A DNA stretch of 64,000 nt from an uncultured Actinomycetes bacterium (GTDB lineage Bacteria; Actinomycetota; Actinomycetes; Streptosporangiales; Streptosporangiaceae). The DNA lies in the NCBI GenBank assembly GCA_963747705.1, contig CAVVGF010000076.1, positions 4,642 to 68,641 of the forward strand, read 5' to 3'. A program made the position numbers and the translations under genes. A model generated the notes under the pieces. The model searched no databases. It was not told where the DNA came from and saw only the letters and a list, made by a program, of their open reading frames with translations. Below, piece by piece: positions 9,164 to 19,086 of the stretch; the stretch's first letter is position 1, and the number at the start of each line of letters is the position of its first letter.

Positions 9164-10755
9164 CTGCCAGTCGGCCTGAGGTTGTAGATGAACACCACGT
9201 TGGCGTAGGCCGGGTCCGGCTGGAAGCCGGTGAACGACGTGCGCATCGCGTACTGGTAGTTCATGGTGTAGAGCACGTCCAGCGGCGCCTGCTGCAGCAC
9301 CTCGACCTGCATCGTGTGGTACATCTGCTCACCGGCGGTGCGGTTGGTCGCGAGCAGCGACTCGACCGAGTTGATCTGCTTGTCCAGCGTCGAGTTGGAG
9401 TAGTAGGAGAGGTTGAAGTACGGCTGCTTCTCGGTCAGCAGCAGGTTGTTGAACCAGGTGTACGGGTCGGCGTAATCCGGCCACCAGTACTCGAAGAAGA
9501 TGCTCTGGTGGCTGGCCGCGTTACTGGACTTGGCCTTGCCCCACTGCGTCGGCCAGGCCAGCGACTGGGTGGCCAGGTTGATGTTCAGCTTGGCCAGGCT
9601 GGACTTGAGCAACGTGGCCACCACCTGCTCGTTGGAGTCACCCTGGGTGTAGGTCAGGCTCAGGTTGAGCGCCTTCTTGCCCGGCCCGTACCCGGCCTGA
9701 TGCAGCAGCTGGGTCGCCTTGGCCGGGTCGTAGGTGTAGTTGGGCAGGTTGGTGTAGTGGCCCGGCAGGCCGGCCGGGACCAGGCCGCTGGGCTGGACGG
9801 CCGCGCCTTGCAGGGCCGCGACGATCCCGGGGTAGTTGATCCCGTAGGAGATGGCCTGCCGTACCTTCAGGTCCAGCGTCTTGGTGTTGAGCTGGCCGAG
9901 CAGGTTCTGGAACGACGGCACGCTCACCGTGTGGATGCCGGACTGGCCCTGGAATGACTTCCACAGCGACGGGCTGATCTGCTCCACGAACGAGACCTGC
10001 CCGGCCCGCAGGAGCTGGGCCGCCGTGGTGTCCTGCGGCACCACCCGGAACACGACCTTCTTGAAGTGCGGGCCCGACCAGCCGCCCCAGTAGCCGGGGA
10101 AGGCCTTGAGGATCACCTCGAACTCCTGGCCCTTGTTCCAGGTCTGCAGCTCGTACGGGCCGGTGCCCGCGTCATGCGGGGTGTTGAACCACTTGGTCAG
10201 CGCGCTGCTGCTGCTCGCCGCCTTGGTGTCGTAGATGTAGGCCGAGTAGGACGCCGACGCCTCCAGGTCCAGCGGCGACGGGTACTTGAGGTGGAACACC
10301 ATCGTGTACGTGCTCGGCGTGCTGATGCTCTTCACCGCGTCCCACACGTAGGCGGCCCCGCCGCCCAGCTTCTCGGTGCGCAGGATGGCCGCGGCCGCGG
10401 CCTGCGCGGTCATCAGCCGTCCGGTGTGGAAGTGCACTCCCTGACGCAGGTGGAACGTCCAGGTCAGCCCGTTGGCCGAAGAGGACCAGCTGGTCGCGAG
10501 CAGCGGCTTGAGGGTGTGCGTGGCGCTGTCGTAGCGGGTGAGCGTCTCATACATCTCGCTCATCGCGATGATGCCATCGGAGTACTCGGTCGCGGGGTCC
10601 CAGCCGTCAACCATCACCGGGGCAGTGGTGTCGTAAGTGAACACCTGGTTAGTGGCCTGCTGCTTGCTGGCCGAGGGGGACGAGCCGCCACAGGCGGCCA
10701 GCACCATCAGCAGCGCGCAGCCGGCGCCGATCAGCCCGGCGCGGTGCGCCTTCAT
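9160..10755 (-). CDS. ABC transporter substrate-binding lipoprotein, family 5 (peptide/nickel type)
   Basis: 531 aa with lipobox LMVLAAC-GG and family-5 SBP length and composition. Confidence 0.9.
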   Translation of the reverse strand: MKAHRAGLIGAGCALLMVLAACGGSSPSASKQQATNQVFTYDTTAPVMVDGWDPATEYSDGIIAMSEMYETLTRYDSATHTLKPLLATSWSSSANGLTWTFHLRQGVHFHTGRLMTAQAAAAAILRTEKLGGGAAYVWDAVKSISTPSTYTMVFHLKYPSPLDLEASASYSAYIYDTKAASSSSALTKWFNTPHDAGTGPYELQTWNKGQEFEVILKAFPGYWGGWSGPHFKKVVFRVVPQDTTAAQLLRAGQVSFVEQISPSLWKSFQGQSGIHTVSVPSFQNLLGQLNTKTLDLKVRQAISYGINYPGIVAALQGAAVQPSGLVPAGLPGHYTNLPNYTYDPAKATQLLHQAGYGPGKKALNLSLTYTQGDSNEQVVATLLKSSLAKLNINLATQSLAWPTQWGKAKSSNAASHQSIFFEYWWPDYADPYTWFNNLLLTEKQPYFNLSYYSNSTLDKQINSVESLLATNRTAGEQMYHTMQVEVLQQAPLDVLYTMNYQYAMRTSFTGFQPDPAYANVVFIYNLRPTGS

Positions 10756-12371
10756 GGATTCCTCCGTGCTCCTTGGGGTGTGTCTGCTAGCTCGCGATGC
10801 GGTCCGGGCAGGCCGCCGAGGGTGCCGGCCGCCTTGGCCCGGATGCGTACCGCGGGGGAGGTGAGGTAGGCGAGCGGGATCTCCTCCATCTCGACGATCC
10901 GCACCGTCCCGGGCTCGGCCCCGGCGGCTACCGCGCGCTCGCGTGCTTCACCGCACGCCTCGTCGAGCGCGGCCTGCCGGCCGTCGGCGCCGAGGTGGAA
11001 AATCCGGTCGATCTGGCCGCTGACCGAGGCGATCGCGGCGCCCACGGCGTTGGCCGTGTCGAAGTGCTCCGGCCGGATGACCTCGCTGACGCCAGGGATC
11101 CGGTCCGGGATCAGGATGCTGCCGCCGCCCACCGCGATCAGCGGACGGTCCTCGCGGGAGGTCTTCATCCGGTCGATCGCGTCGGCCAGCATCACGTCCG
11201 CCCGGGTCAGCGCCCCGGCCAGCAGCGACTGCTGGCCGCGGGCCAGCTCAGGGTCGCCCAGCTTGGCCCGGCCGGCCAGCACCGCACTGTCGGTCAGCGT
11301 GGCCGTGCCGCCGCCGAAGACCAGCGCGTCCTGCTGCAGCCGGTAGCCCACGCTGCGCGGCCCGATACGGACCCCCGGCGGGTCGGCCGTCACCACCGTC
11401 CCGCCGCCGAGTGCGATCGTGACCAGGTCGGGCATCCGGAAGTTGGTCCGGATGCCACCAATCTCGACCCCGTACGACGACTCCCGGGGGAAGCCATTGA
11501 CCAGCACTCCCACGTCGGTGGACGTGCCGCCAACGTCGATCACCAGCGAGTCGCCCGTCTGCGTGAGGAACGCCGCGCCGCGGACGCTGTTGGCCGGGCC
11601 GCTGCCGATGGTCAGCACCGGGTAGCGCAGGGCCTGATCCAGGGCCATCAGCGTGCCGTCGTTCTGCGCGAAGAACGTGACCGGCCGCAGCTCGTGCGCG
11701 GCCAGCGCCTCGTGCATGGCCAGGGCCACCTCGTTGGCCACCCCGGCCAGCGCCCCGTTGAGGATCGTCGCGTTCTCCCGCTCGATCAGGCCCAGCGAGC
11801 CGACCTCGTGGCTCAGCGACATGTGCCGTTCACCCAGCTCACGCTTGACGATCTCGGCCGCGGCCAGCTCATGCCGGGCCGAGACCGGAGCGAACACGCT
11901 GGTGATCGCGACGCCGTCGGCGGTGCTCGCCACCTCACCGAGGAACCGGGTGATGGCCTCGGTGTCCAGCGGGGACAAGTCGCGGCCGTCGAACTCGATG
12001 CCCCCGTCCACGATCACCGCGCCGGCCGAGATGGCCGCGGTCAGGTCGGCCGGCCAGCCAGACATCGGCCGGATGCTGTAGGTGGCCGGGCCGCCGATCC
12101 GGATCACCGCGATCTTGCGCAGGTGCTGCCGTTCCAGCACGGCGTTGGTGGCGTGGGTGGTGCCCAGCATGACATGCGTGATCCGCTCTGCCGCCGCCTC
12201 CGGGGCGCGCAGCACGGCGTCGATCGCGGTCACGATCCCGCCGGTGATGTCCGGCGTCCCGGGCACCTTGGCCTTGGCGATCACCCGGTCCGTGCCGTCC
12301 ATGATCACGGCATCCGTGTTGGTGCCGCCCACGTCGATGCCGAGGCGGCAGTCAGGAGCGGGCACCGGCAA
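10752..12371 (-). CDS. Hydantoinase/oxoprolinase family protein (HyuA-like)
   Basis: 539 aa with ASKHA-type motifs LGIDVGGTNTD and IDVGGTSTD. ATGA overlap onto the SBP start. Confidence 0.8.
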   Translation of the reverse strand: MPVPAPDCRLGIDVGGTNTDAVIMDGTDRVIAKAKVPGTPDITGGIVTAIDAVLRAPEAAAERITHVMLGTTHATNAVLERQHLRKIAVIRIGGPATYSIRPMSGWPADLTAAISAGAVIVDGGIEFDGRDLSPLDTEAITRFLGEVASTADGVAITSVFAPVSARHELAAAEIVKRELGERHMSLSHEVGSLGLIERENATILNGALAGVANEVALAMHEALAAHELRPVTFFAQNDGTLMALDQALRYPVLTIGSGPANSVRGAAFLTQTGDSLVIDVGGTSTDVGVLVNGFPRESSYGVEIGGIRTNFRMPDLVTIALGGGTVVTADPPGVRIGPRSVGYRLQQDALVFGGGTATLTDSAVLAGRAKLGDPELARGQQSLLAGALTRADVMLADAIDRMKTSREDRPLIAVGGGSILIPDRIPGVSEVIRPEHFDTANAVGAAIASVSGQIDRIFHLGADGRQAALDEACGEARERAVAAGAEPGTVRIVEMEEIPLAYLTSPAVRIRAKAAGTLGGLPGPHRELADTPQGARRNP

Positions 12372-13467
12372 GCTCCTCTACGGGCCGGTAGTCGAAGTCG
12401 TAGCCGAACGCCCGTGGCCCGGTGAGGTCGAGGCCGCCAGCGGTGCGCCAGATCGGGTCGCAGCCAAAGGCGATCACCACCACCCGCTGCCCGTACTTGA
12501 TCCGCTCGGTCGCGATCGCGTCCGCGGTCTCGCTGTCCAGCACCGAGATCAGGTCGGGCACCGAGGCGAGCACGTGACCACGCTCCAGCGCGACCAGGTT
12601 CTCGTTCTGCAGTTCCAGCCGGATAAGGCGGCCCGCGTCGGCGCCCAGCCCCTCGATCACCACCGAGCCGCGGACGAAGCCGCTGGTGGTGTGCCGTTCC
12701 ACGTCGGCCACCTTGCCGCCGACCAGCCGGAACGCGCCGATCTCGGTGATCAGCGCCTCGACCGGGCTGCCGGTGGCATTGAGCACCGCGGCGCCGATCC
12801 GGATGGCCAGCGACACCGAGTTCCGCACCGTGGCCGTGCGCGCCTGCGCCGCGGTCATGGTGAACTCGGTGGACGACGCGGCCCCGCCGAACTCGACCGC
12901 GGCGGCCCGCTCCAGCCGCTCGATCCAGTGCCCGGAAATGGCCTGGAACAGGACCAGGTTGCCGCGCTCGTCGGTCATCACCGCCGGGCTCGGCGAGATC
13001 CCGGCTAGCTGCATGGTGACCTGCGGGACCTCGGGAAAGGCCCGGCCCATGCCATCCGCGTCAACCACCGGCAGGCCCATCCGCGCCGCCCAGCAGATCG
13101 GCAGCACGCCGTTCCCGCCGCCAATCTCGCTGGACATCAGCGCGGCTACCGGGCGGCCGGTCAGGAACTGCAGGTGGTCACGCAGCCGGTCACCCTCATC
13201 GCCGTTTTCGATCTTCTCGATGCTGACCGTGGGGGCGCCGATCCCACCGCACGGCATGATTAGCGCGTCGTCCGGCAGTTCGTCCACGTCAATCAGGGTG
13301 ACCGGGCCGTAGTCCTCGGTCGCCTGCAGCGCCTGGAGCAGTGTCAGGTAGGTGTCGCCCCCGCCACCCGCACCCAGCACCGCGCAACCGCGCGCTAAGG
13401 CACGCAGCGCGTCTGGCTCGAGCAGTCGCTTCATCGGTAAGGCCGTCAGGTGAGTCAGGGCATGCAA
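12352..13467 (-). CDS. DUF917 family protein
   Basis: 371 aa with GAGGGGD and VDADGMGRAFPE motifs, as in DUF917 proteins that pair with hydantoinase-like genes. The start may be the internal Met near 13434. Confidence 0.75.
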   Translation of the reverse strand: MHALTHLTALPMKRLLEPDALRALARGCAVLGAGGGGDTYLTLLQALQATEDYGPVTLIDVDELPDDALIMPCGGIGAPTVSIEKIENGDEGDRLRDHLQFLTGRPVAALMSSEIGGGNGVLPICWAARMGLPVVDADGMGRAFPEVPQVTMQLAGISPSPAVMTDERGNLVLFQAISGHWIERLERAAAVEFGGAASSTEFTMTAAQARTATVRNSVSLAIRIGAAVLNATGSPVEALITEIGAFRLVGGKVADVERHTTSGFVRGSVVIEGLGADAGRLIRLELQNENLVALERGHVLASVPDLISVLDSETADAIATERIKYGQRVVVIAFGCDPIWRTAGGLDLTGPRAFGYDFDYRPVEELAGARS

Positions 13468-13540
13468 GGCGGATGGGGGCGTTAAGTAATATAGTTCCCG
13501 AACGGGCCGGGTCAGAGTACCTTTTCCGGCGAACGGGTAG

Positions 13541-13756
13541 CTATCGGTGCAGTTCCGCCTGCATGATCTGCTCGCGCAGCTCAGCCGGATCCTGGCTGCG
13601 CACCACCCGGGGCGGGCTGGACATCAGCCGCCGCGCGTAGAGCAGCCCGGCGATCCCCCGCCACACGTGCCAGTACGGGAACTCGTGGGCATAAGGCCAC
13701 CAGTCGGGGGCCTCTCCGTCGGCGGTCACTAAATCGATCGCGGATTCGTTGTCCAT
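13541..13756 (-). CDS. Hypothetical small protein (71 aa)
   Basis: Starts at ATG 13756 (MDNESAIDL...). Carries the HVW...YARR motif shared with 577..849. The upstream part of the 124-aa track ORF looks non-coding. Confidence 0.4.
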   Translation of the reverse strand: MDNESAIDLVTADGEAPDWWPYAHEFPYWHVWRGIAGLLYARRLMSSPPRVVRSQDPAELREQIMQAELHR

Positions 13757-13815
13757 CTGCTCTCCCTGGGAGCACCGGATACTGCGGGCCCGGGCCAGGC
13801 CGGTGCAGAAATCCG

Positions 13816-13837
13816 GATGCAATGCCATGCTTGCATC
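13816..13837. promoter_or_regulatory. Perfect 7-bp inverted repeat upstream of the PucR-type gene
   Basis: GATGCAA (13816-13822), 8-nt spacer, TTGCATC (13831-13837), about 100 bp upstream of ATG 13939. Confidence 0.3.
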
Positions 13838-13938
13838 TGGTGCAGGCCCGGGAGAATGGGCGGAATGCACTGTGATCGCGACTGAAGTGTGCGCGACGCA
13901 CCCGTGCACGGTCATTCGGGACAGACAGAGGGGGGCGG

Positions 13939-15547
13939 ATGCCGTCGGTGAACGAGCTCCTGGCCAGCTCGCCGCTGGCCGGGCTGCGCCGGGTCAGCCG
14001 CGGCGGCGGTGACCGGCCGGTCGCCCTGATCCGGCTGGCCGAGCGCTTCGCCGAACTGGACGAGGCGCCCGCGGGCAGCCTGGTGTTGCTATCACGGGCC
14101 GCGTCGGCTGAGGTCACCGACTACCGGCTGGACATGGCGCTGCGCTGGGCCACGGTGAACCGGGTCAGCGCGGTGGCGGCGTTCGCCGCCGAGCAGTGGG
14201 AGCCCACGGTCACCGCGATGGACATCGCCGGCCGGGCGGACATCGCGCTGGTTTCCATCCCGGCCAACGCCGACCTGGCCGGGCTGGTCCAGGCGCTGGT
14301 ACGGGAGATCGGCGGTGGCGCCGGCCGAGCGCTGGGCCGGGCCCAGCAGGGCCTGGACGCGGTCCTGCGGGCCGAGATCGCCGGGGCCAGCCTCGACCGG
14401 CTGCGCGACTCGGTCAGCCGGGCGCTGGGCACGCTGGTCGAGTTCCGGCCCCGGGCCCCAGCCAACGGCAGCGGGGCGGTGGCCGCGGACGGGAACGGGG
14501 TGCTGGCCGCGGACGGGAACCCGGCGCTGGCCGCGGCGGCCAGCACCGCGATGCCCGGCCCGGGCTCCGGCGCTCACCGAGGTGACCGTGCCGGTACTGG
14601 TCGGCGACACGCTCATCGGCCAGTTCGCCGCCCCGGAGGTGCACGGCGACCTGGCCATCGCGGCCCGGCTGGTGCTGCACAACGCGGCCGCGGCCGCCGG
14701 CCGGCTGCTCGACCTGGCCCGGCAGGCCCGAGAGGTGCCAGCCCGGTCGCGCAGTGAACTGCTCGCTGAGCTGCTGATGTCCGACTCGGCCATCAACGAG
14801 GACCTGCTCGACCGGGCCCGGCAGCTGAACATCGTGCTGGCCGGCTGGCACGTCGCGGTCCGCATCGAGGCTGATGACCTGGACGGCCCGAGCCGCGACG
14901 AGGTGCACCGGTTCGAGCTGCTGGAGTCGGCCGGGCAGATCGCGCTGCAGGCGGCCGCGGCGGCCGGCGGCACCTGGCACCTGTCCCGGGTGGCGCGGGC
15001 CATCGTGCTGATCCGGGTGACCGCGTCCGACCCGGGCCCGCAGGCCGGCGCGCAGGCCGCCCGGTCGGCCGCCCGGGCGTTGCAGGCGCTCGGCGGCCGG
15101 GTGCCCGCCGTGGCGTTCCGCGCCGGGGTGGGCGCGCCGCACGAAGGGCCGATGGGGCTGCGCGCCTCGGCGGCGGAAGCCCGGGCCGCGCTGTTCGCCG
15201 CCCGTGCCGCCCGCAAGCCGCCCGGCGTCACCACGCACGACGCGGTAGGCGTGCAGCGGATGCTGATGGAGTGGTACGCGTCCGACACGGCCCGCGCCTC
15301 GGTGCGCGACCAGCTCGCGCCGCTGGAGAACCTGGGCCAGACCCGGGCCGATACGGCCATCCGGACCCTGGCCGCCTACCTGGACCAGCAGGGGTCCATC
15401 ATCAAGACCGCCCAGCAGCTGCACCTGCACCGCAACGCGGTGGCCAACCGGATCCGCACCATCACCGATCTGCTGGAAATCGACCTGGAGGATTCGGATC
15501 AGCGGCTCGCACTCCAGCTGGCCTGCCGCGCTCGCCTCCTCGGCTGA
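13939..15547 (+). CDS. PucR-family transcriptional regulator, apparent frameshift about 14540-14570
   Basis: The N-terminal PucR-like domain is in one frame. The middle region and C-terminal PucR HTH (IIKTAQQLHLHRNAVANRIRTITDLL) are in the next frame. Confidence 0.75.
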
Positions 15548-15676
15548 CCATCAGCTCCCCTGACGATCAGCCGGGCTGACGATCAGCAGGCACTGACGAT
15601 CAGCAGGCACTGACGATCAGCGGTAGCTGACGATCAGCAGGCGCTGACGATCAGCTGGGACTGACCGTCAGCTACC
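15544..15676. repeat. Tandem array, 8 copies of a 16-17 bp unit CTGACGATCAGCnnnnn
   Basis: Units start at 15544, 15560, 15576, 15593, 15610, 15627, 15644 and 15661. The first unit overlaps the PucR stop and the last overlaps the desaturase stop. Confidence 0.9.
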
Positions 15677-16702
15677 GGCCGTGTGCAGGGCTCGTAGGAC
15701 CTGGGCGTAGCTGGCCACCAGGTTCAGCTCGGCGTACGGCAGCTCATGCTGGGCGCAGAACGCGCGCACCAGCGACCGGCAGCGGCGCAGGCTGGGCCGC
15801 GGCATGGACGGGAACAGGTGGTGCTCGATCTGGTAGTTGAGCCCGCCGAGCAGCGTCTCCACCAGCGGGCCGCCGCTCACGTTGCGCGAGGTGAGCACCT
15901 GGCGGCGGAGGTAGTCCAGGTTGTCCTGCTCGCCGAGCACCGGCATGCCCTTGTGGTTGGGCGCGAACGCGCAGCCCAGGTACACACCGAGCAGGCCCTG
16001 CTGCACCGCGAGGAACGCGATCGCCTGGGCCGGCGACATGACCAGAGCCACCACGGTCAGATACCCGGCGAAGTGCACCAGCAGCAGCGCGCCTTCCAGC
16101 CCGCGGCGGCCGGGGCGGCTGGTGCCGGCCAGCACGGATCCCATGCTGATCACGTGCATGCTGACCGCTTCCAGCAACAGCAGGGGGAAGAACAGGTACG
16201 CCTGGTAGCGGGCGAGCCGCCGGTGCAGCCCGCGGCGGCCCGCGGCCTGGCCCGCGGTGAAGGCGATCACCGGGATGTTCAGGTCGGGATCCTTGCCCAG
16301 CTGGTTAGGGTGCGCGTGGTGCCGGTTGTGCTTGCCGGTCCACCAGCCGAAGCTCAGCCCGATGAGCAGGTTGCCGAGGACCAGCCCGGCCGCGTCGTTG
16401 GCCCGCCGGGAGCGGAAGATCTGCCGGTGCCCGGCCTCGTGCCCGACGAAGCTGAGCTGGCCGAACACGGCGGCCAGGTACACCGCGGCCAGCAGCTGGT
16501 ACCAGGACGCGCCGAGCGCCACCACGGCCGCCCAGCCCCCGGCGTACAGCACCGCCATGATGGTGATCTTGGCCGCGTAGTACCGGGGCCGCCGGTTCAG
16601 CAAGCCGTCCTGGCGGATCAGCCGGGACAGCGCGGCGTAGTCGCTGCCCCGCCCGGTACGGGTGGTGCTGGTCGTGCTGGTGTCCGGCACACGGACGGTC
16701 AT
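15668..16702 (-). CDS. Membrane fatty-acid desaturase
   Basis: 344 aa from ATG 16702 (ATGA overlap). Histidine boxes HEAGH, HNRHH and QIEHH are present. The 591-aa track ORF is read-through. Confidence 0.85.
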   Translation of the reverse strand: MTVRVPDTSTTSTTRTGRGSDYAALSRLIRQDGLLNRRPRYYAAKITIMAVLYAGGWAAVVALGASWYQLLAAVYLAAVFGQLSFVGHEAGHRQIFRSRRANDAAGLVLGNLLIGLSFGWWTGKHNRHHAHPNQLGKDPDLNIPVIAFTAGQAAGRRGLHRRLARYQAYLFFPLLLLEAVSMHVISMGSVLAGTSRPGRRGLEGALLLVHFAGYLTVVALVMSPAQAIAFLAVQQGLLGVYLGCAFAPNHKGMPVLGEQDNLDYLRRQVLTSRNVSGGPLVETLLGGLNYQIEHHLFPSMPRPSLRRCRSLVRAFCAQHELPYAELNLVASYAQVLRALHTAGS

Positions 16703-17562
16703 CCTGGCTCCCCGGGGTCCAGCAGTAGTACGTCGTGGCCGAGTTCCTGGCCGCCGCGCCGGGCCTGCCACCATTCCCTCGCGGCCAGCTGGAGCAGCCG
16801 GGGGACCAGATCCCGGGAGCGCCGGACGATCCAGGTGGTGCCCTTGGTCGCCATCCAGTGCGCCTGGGCCCAGGCGCTGGGTTCCGGGTTGACCGGCTCC
16901 GGGTCCGGCATGGCGTGCACCGGCTGGCCGAGCTCGGCCAGCCGGGCGGCGAACAGCCGGGCCAGCAGCCGGTGCCCGCGCTCGCTGGGGTGCAGCCGGT
17001 CCACGCCCCACATCCGCTTGTCGTAGATGGCCGGCTGCGCGGCCACGTCCACGTGCACCACCTGGTAGCGCTCGGCCAGCCGGCCGAGTACCCCGTTGAT
17101 GGCGTGCGCCCGGCGGGCCAGCGGCAGGCGCAGCGACCCGGGGATGCGCAGCAGCAGCCCGGGGTCGGGCAGGCTGGCCGTGAGCACCAGCGCCCCGGTC
17201 CGTTCCAGCGTCGCGACGATCCGTTCCAGGTCGGTGGCGATCGTGCTGAGATCGAACGTGCCGCGCAGCGTGTCGTTCATGCCGACCAGCAGCGAGGCGT
17301 GGGTGGGGGCCAGGGATACCGCGTGGTCCAGCTGGTCGCCGGCCACGTCGCGGATGAGCGCTCCGGACAGGGCCAGGTTGCTCAGCTCGACCCGGTCCGG
17401 CGGGGCCAGCGAGCCGGCCAGCAGCGCGGCCCAGCCGCGCCACCCGCCGCTCGGCATCGGATCCCCCATCCCCAGCGTGACCGAGTCACCCAGCGCGGCG
17501 AACCGGGTCACCGGCCACGCCTGCGGCCCGGACCCCGGTTCCGCCTCGCAGGCGGGCATCAT
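16699..17562 (-). CDS. SGNH/GDSL hydrolase family protein
   Basis: 287 aa with block I GDSVTLG, block III GMND and block V DRLHPS. Confidence 0.8.
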   Translation of the reverse strand: MMPACEAEPGSGPQAWPVTRFAALGDSVTLGMGDPMPSGGWRGWAALLAGSLAPPDRVELSNLALSGALIRDVAGDQLDHAVSLAPTHASLLVGMNDTLRGTFDLSTIATDLERIVATLERTGALVLTASLPDPGLLLRIPGSLRLPLARRAHAINGVLGRLAERYQVVHVDVAAQPAIYDKRMWGVDRLHPSERGHRLLARLFAARLAELGQPVHAMPDPEPVNPEPSAWAQAHWMATKGTTWIVRRSRDLVPRLLQLAAREWWQARRGGQELGHDVLLLDPGEPG

Positions 17563-18725
17563 CGCGCACCACCGGCCCGGTACGGCGCGGCCGTGGCTGG
17601 GCTGGGTGGCTGCGCGGACGGCCCGAGCCCGTGCGCGGCCAGGAAACCGGACACGGCCGCGGGCCAGCCGAACCGTTCCGCGCGATCACGGGCCCGCGCC
17701 CGGCGCAGCTCCACGTCGCTGTCCAGCAGGCACTGGATGGCGTCGGCGAACGCCACGTCGTTGTCCCGGGCGGTCAGCCCGGCCTGGCCGATCACCTCGG
17801 GCAGGGCGCTGGTGTCGTTGACCACCACCGGGGTGCCGCTGGCCAGCGCCTCCAGGGCGGACAAGCCGAACGTCTCGGCTGGCCCGGGCGCGATCACCAC
17901 GTCCGCCGTGGCCAGCAGCCGGGCCAGCACCGCGCGGTCGGTGACGTAGCGCAGGAACCGCACCGGCAGGTCGCGGGCCTGGGCGCACAGCCCGGCCAGC
18001 CGGGGCCCGTCCCCGGCCACCACCAGCCGCGCGGGCACCCCGCGACGGCGCAGTTCGGCCAGCGCGCCGATGGCCCGTTCCGGCCGCTTCTCCCGAGAGA
18101 GCCGGCTGCAGTGCACCAGCAGCGGCTCGTCCGGCGCGGCGAACTGGGCGCGCAGCTGGGTGTCCCGGTTGCCCGGCTGGAAGCAGTCCAGGTCCACCCC
18201 CAGCGGCACCTGCCTCAGGTTCCGCACGTGCAGCCGGCGGAACTCGGCCGCCGCCCAGCTGGTGGTGCAGACCACCACGTCATACGAGGCGGCGGTGCTG
18301 GCGTTCAGCTGGTCAGACAGCCACTGCCCGGTCAGGCCGGGCGGCGCGAACATGCCGGCCAGTTTGGCCAGGCTGTCGTGCGAGACCATCATCGACCGGA
18401 CGCCGCGCTCACGGGCCCAGCGGCCGGTCCAGCGCAGCGTGGTGCGGTCGGAGACCTCCAGCCGGTCCGGGGCCAGGTCGTCGAGCAGCTGCCGGAGCGG
18501 ACGCCGCGTGGTGATGGCCCGGTAGCCGCCGGTGCCCGGCACGATCACCCCGGGCACCGTGATGACCAGGCCTTGCCTGGTGTATTCGCGGCCGGGCCGC
18601 GGGCCGGGGATGACCAGGACCGGCTCGTGGCCGGCGGCCAGGTAGCCGGCGCCCAGTTCGCGGAGCGCCGTGCGCAGGCCGCCCGAAGCCGGCGCGACAT
18701 AGTTGGCCAGCCGCACTATCCGCAC
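17559..18725 (-). CDS. Glycosyltransferase family 4 (GT-B fold)
   Basis: 388 aa with the C-terminal EX7E-type region PAETFGLSALEALASGTPVV. Confidence 0.85.
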   Translation of the reverse strand: MRIVRLANYVAPASGGLRTALRELGAGYLAAGHEPVLVIPGPRPGREYTRQGLVITVPGVIVPGTGGYRAITTRRPLRQLLDDLAPDRLEVSDRTTLRWTGRWARERGVRSMMVSHDSLAKLAGMFAPPGLTGQWLSDQLNASTAASYDVVVCTTSWAAAEFRRLHVRNLRQVPLGVDLDCFQPGNRDTQLRAQFAAPDEPLLVHCSRLSREKRPERAIGALAELRRRGVPARLVVAGDGPRLAGLCAQARDLPVRFLRYVTDRAVLARLLATADVVIAPGPAETFGLSALEALASGTPVVVNDTSALPEVIGQAGLTARDNDVAFADAIQCLLDSDVELRRARARDRAERFGWPAAVSGFLAAHGLGPSAQPPSPATAAPYRAGGAR

Positions 18726-18900
18726 GGCCAGATCATCACTGGCGCAGATTCATGGATCTGTAACTCAACGTGACAGCTACGCGAACCTTGGCCGACGACT
18801 GCCCTGACCCACCGCCAACACCCGGTGCCAACACACTGCAGGGCCACCCGCCCATGTCCGCTACAACGCCCACCCCACGCTTCGCGCCATCATCCGGATC

Positions 18901-18948
18901 GTGATCATGAGATTGGTGCTACTAGATTCGCACTGAAGTCATGATCAT
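18901..18948. repeat. 48-bp palindromic element, copy A (degenerate arms)
   Basis: GTGATCATGAGATTGGTGC, TACTAGATTC, GCACTGAAGTCATGATCAT. Lies in the divergent spacer between the GT4 and DUF4232 genes. Confidence 0.85.
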
Positions 18949-19086
18949 GACCCTCCGGCCGAGGTGGCTTCGGGGCTGGCGGACGTTCGGGTCCAACCGA
19001 TGCGGGTGGATTGGCGTCGTAGAGGACGCAATGGCTGAATTCCGGCGCGGTTGGGCGCCGGGCAGCGCGGACCGGAGGAGACCCCC

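Noticed and set aside
15544-15676. Possible CRISPR array
   Set aside because: The units are contiguous 16-17 bp repeats with no unique spacers of 25-40 bp, and there are no cas genes.
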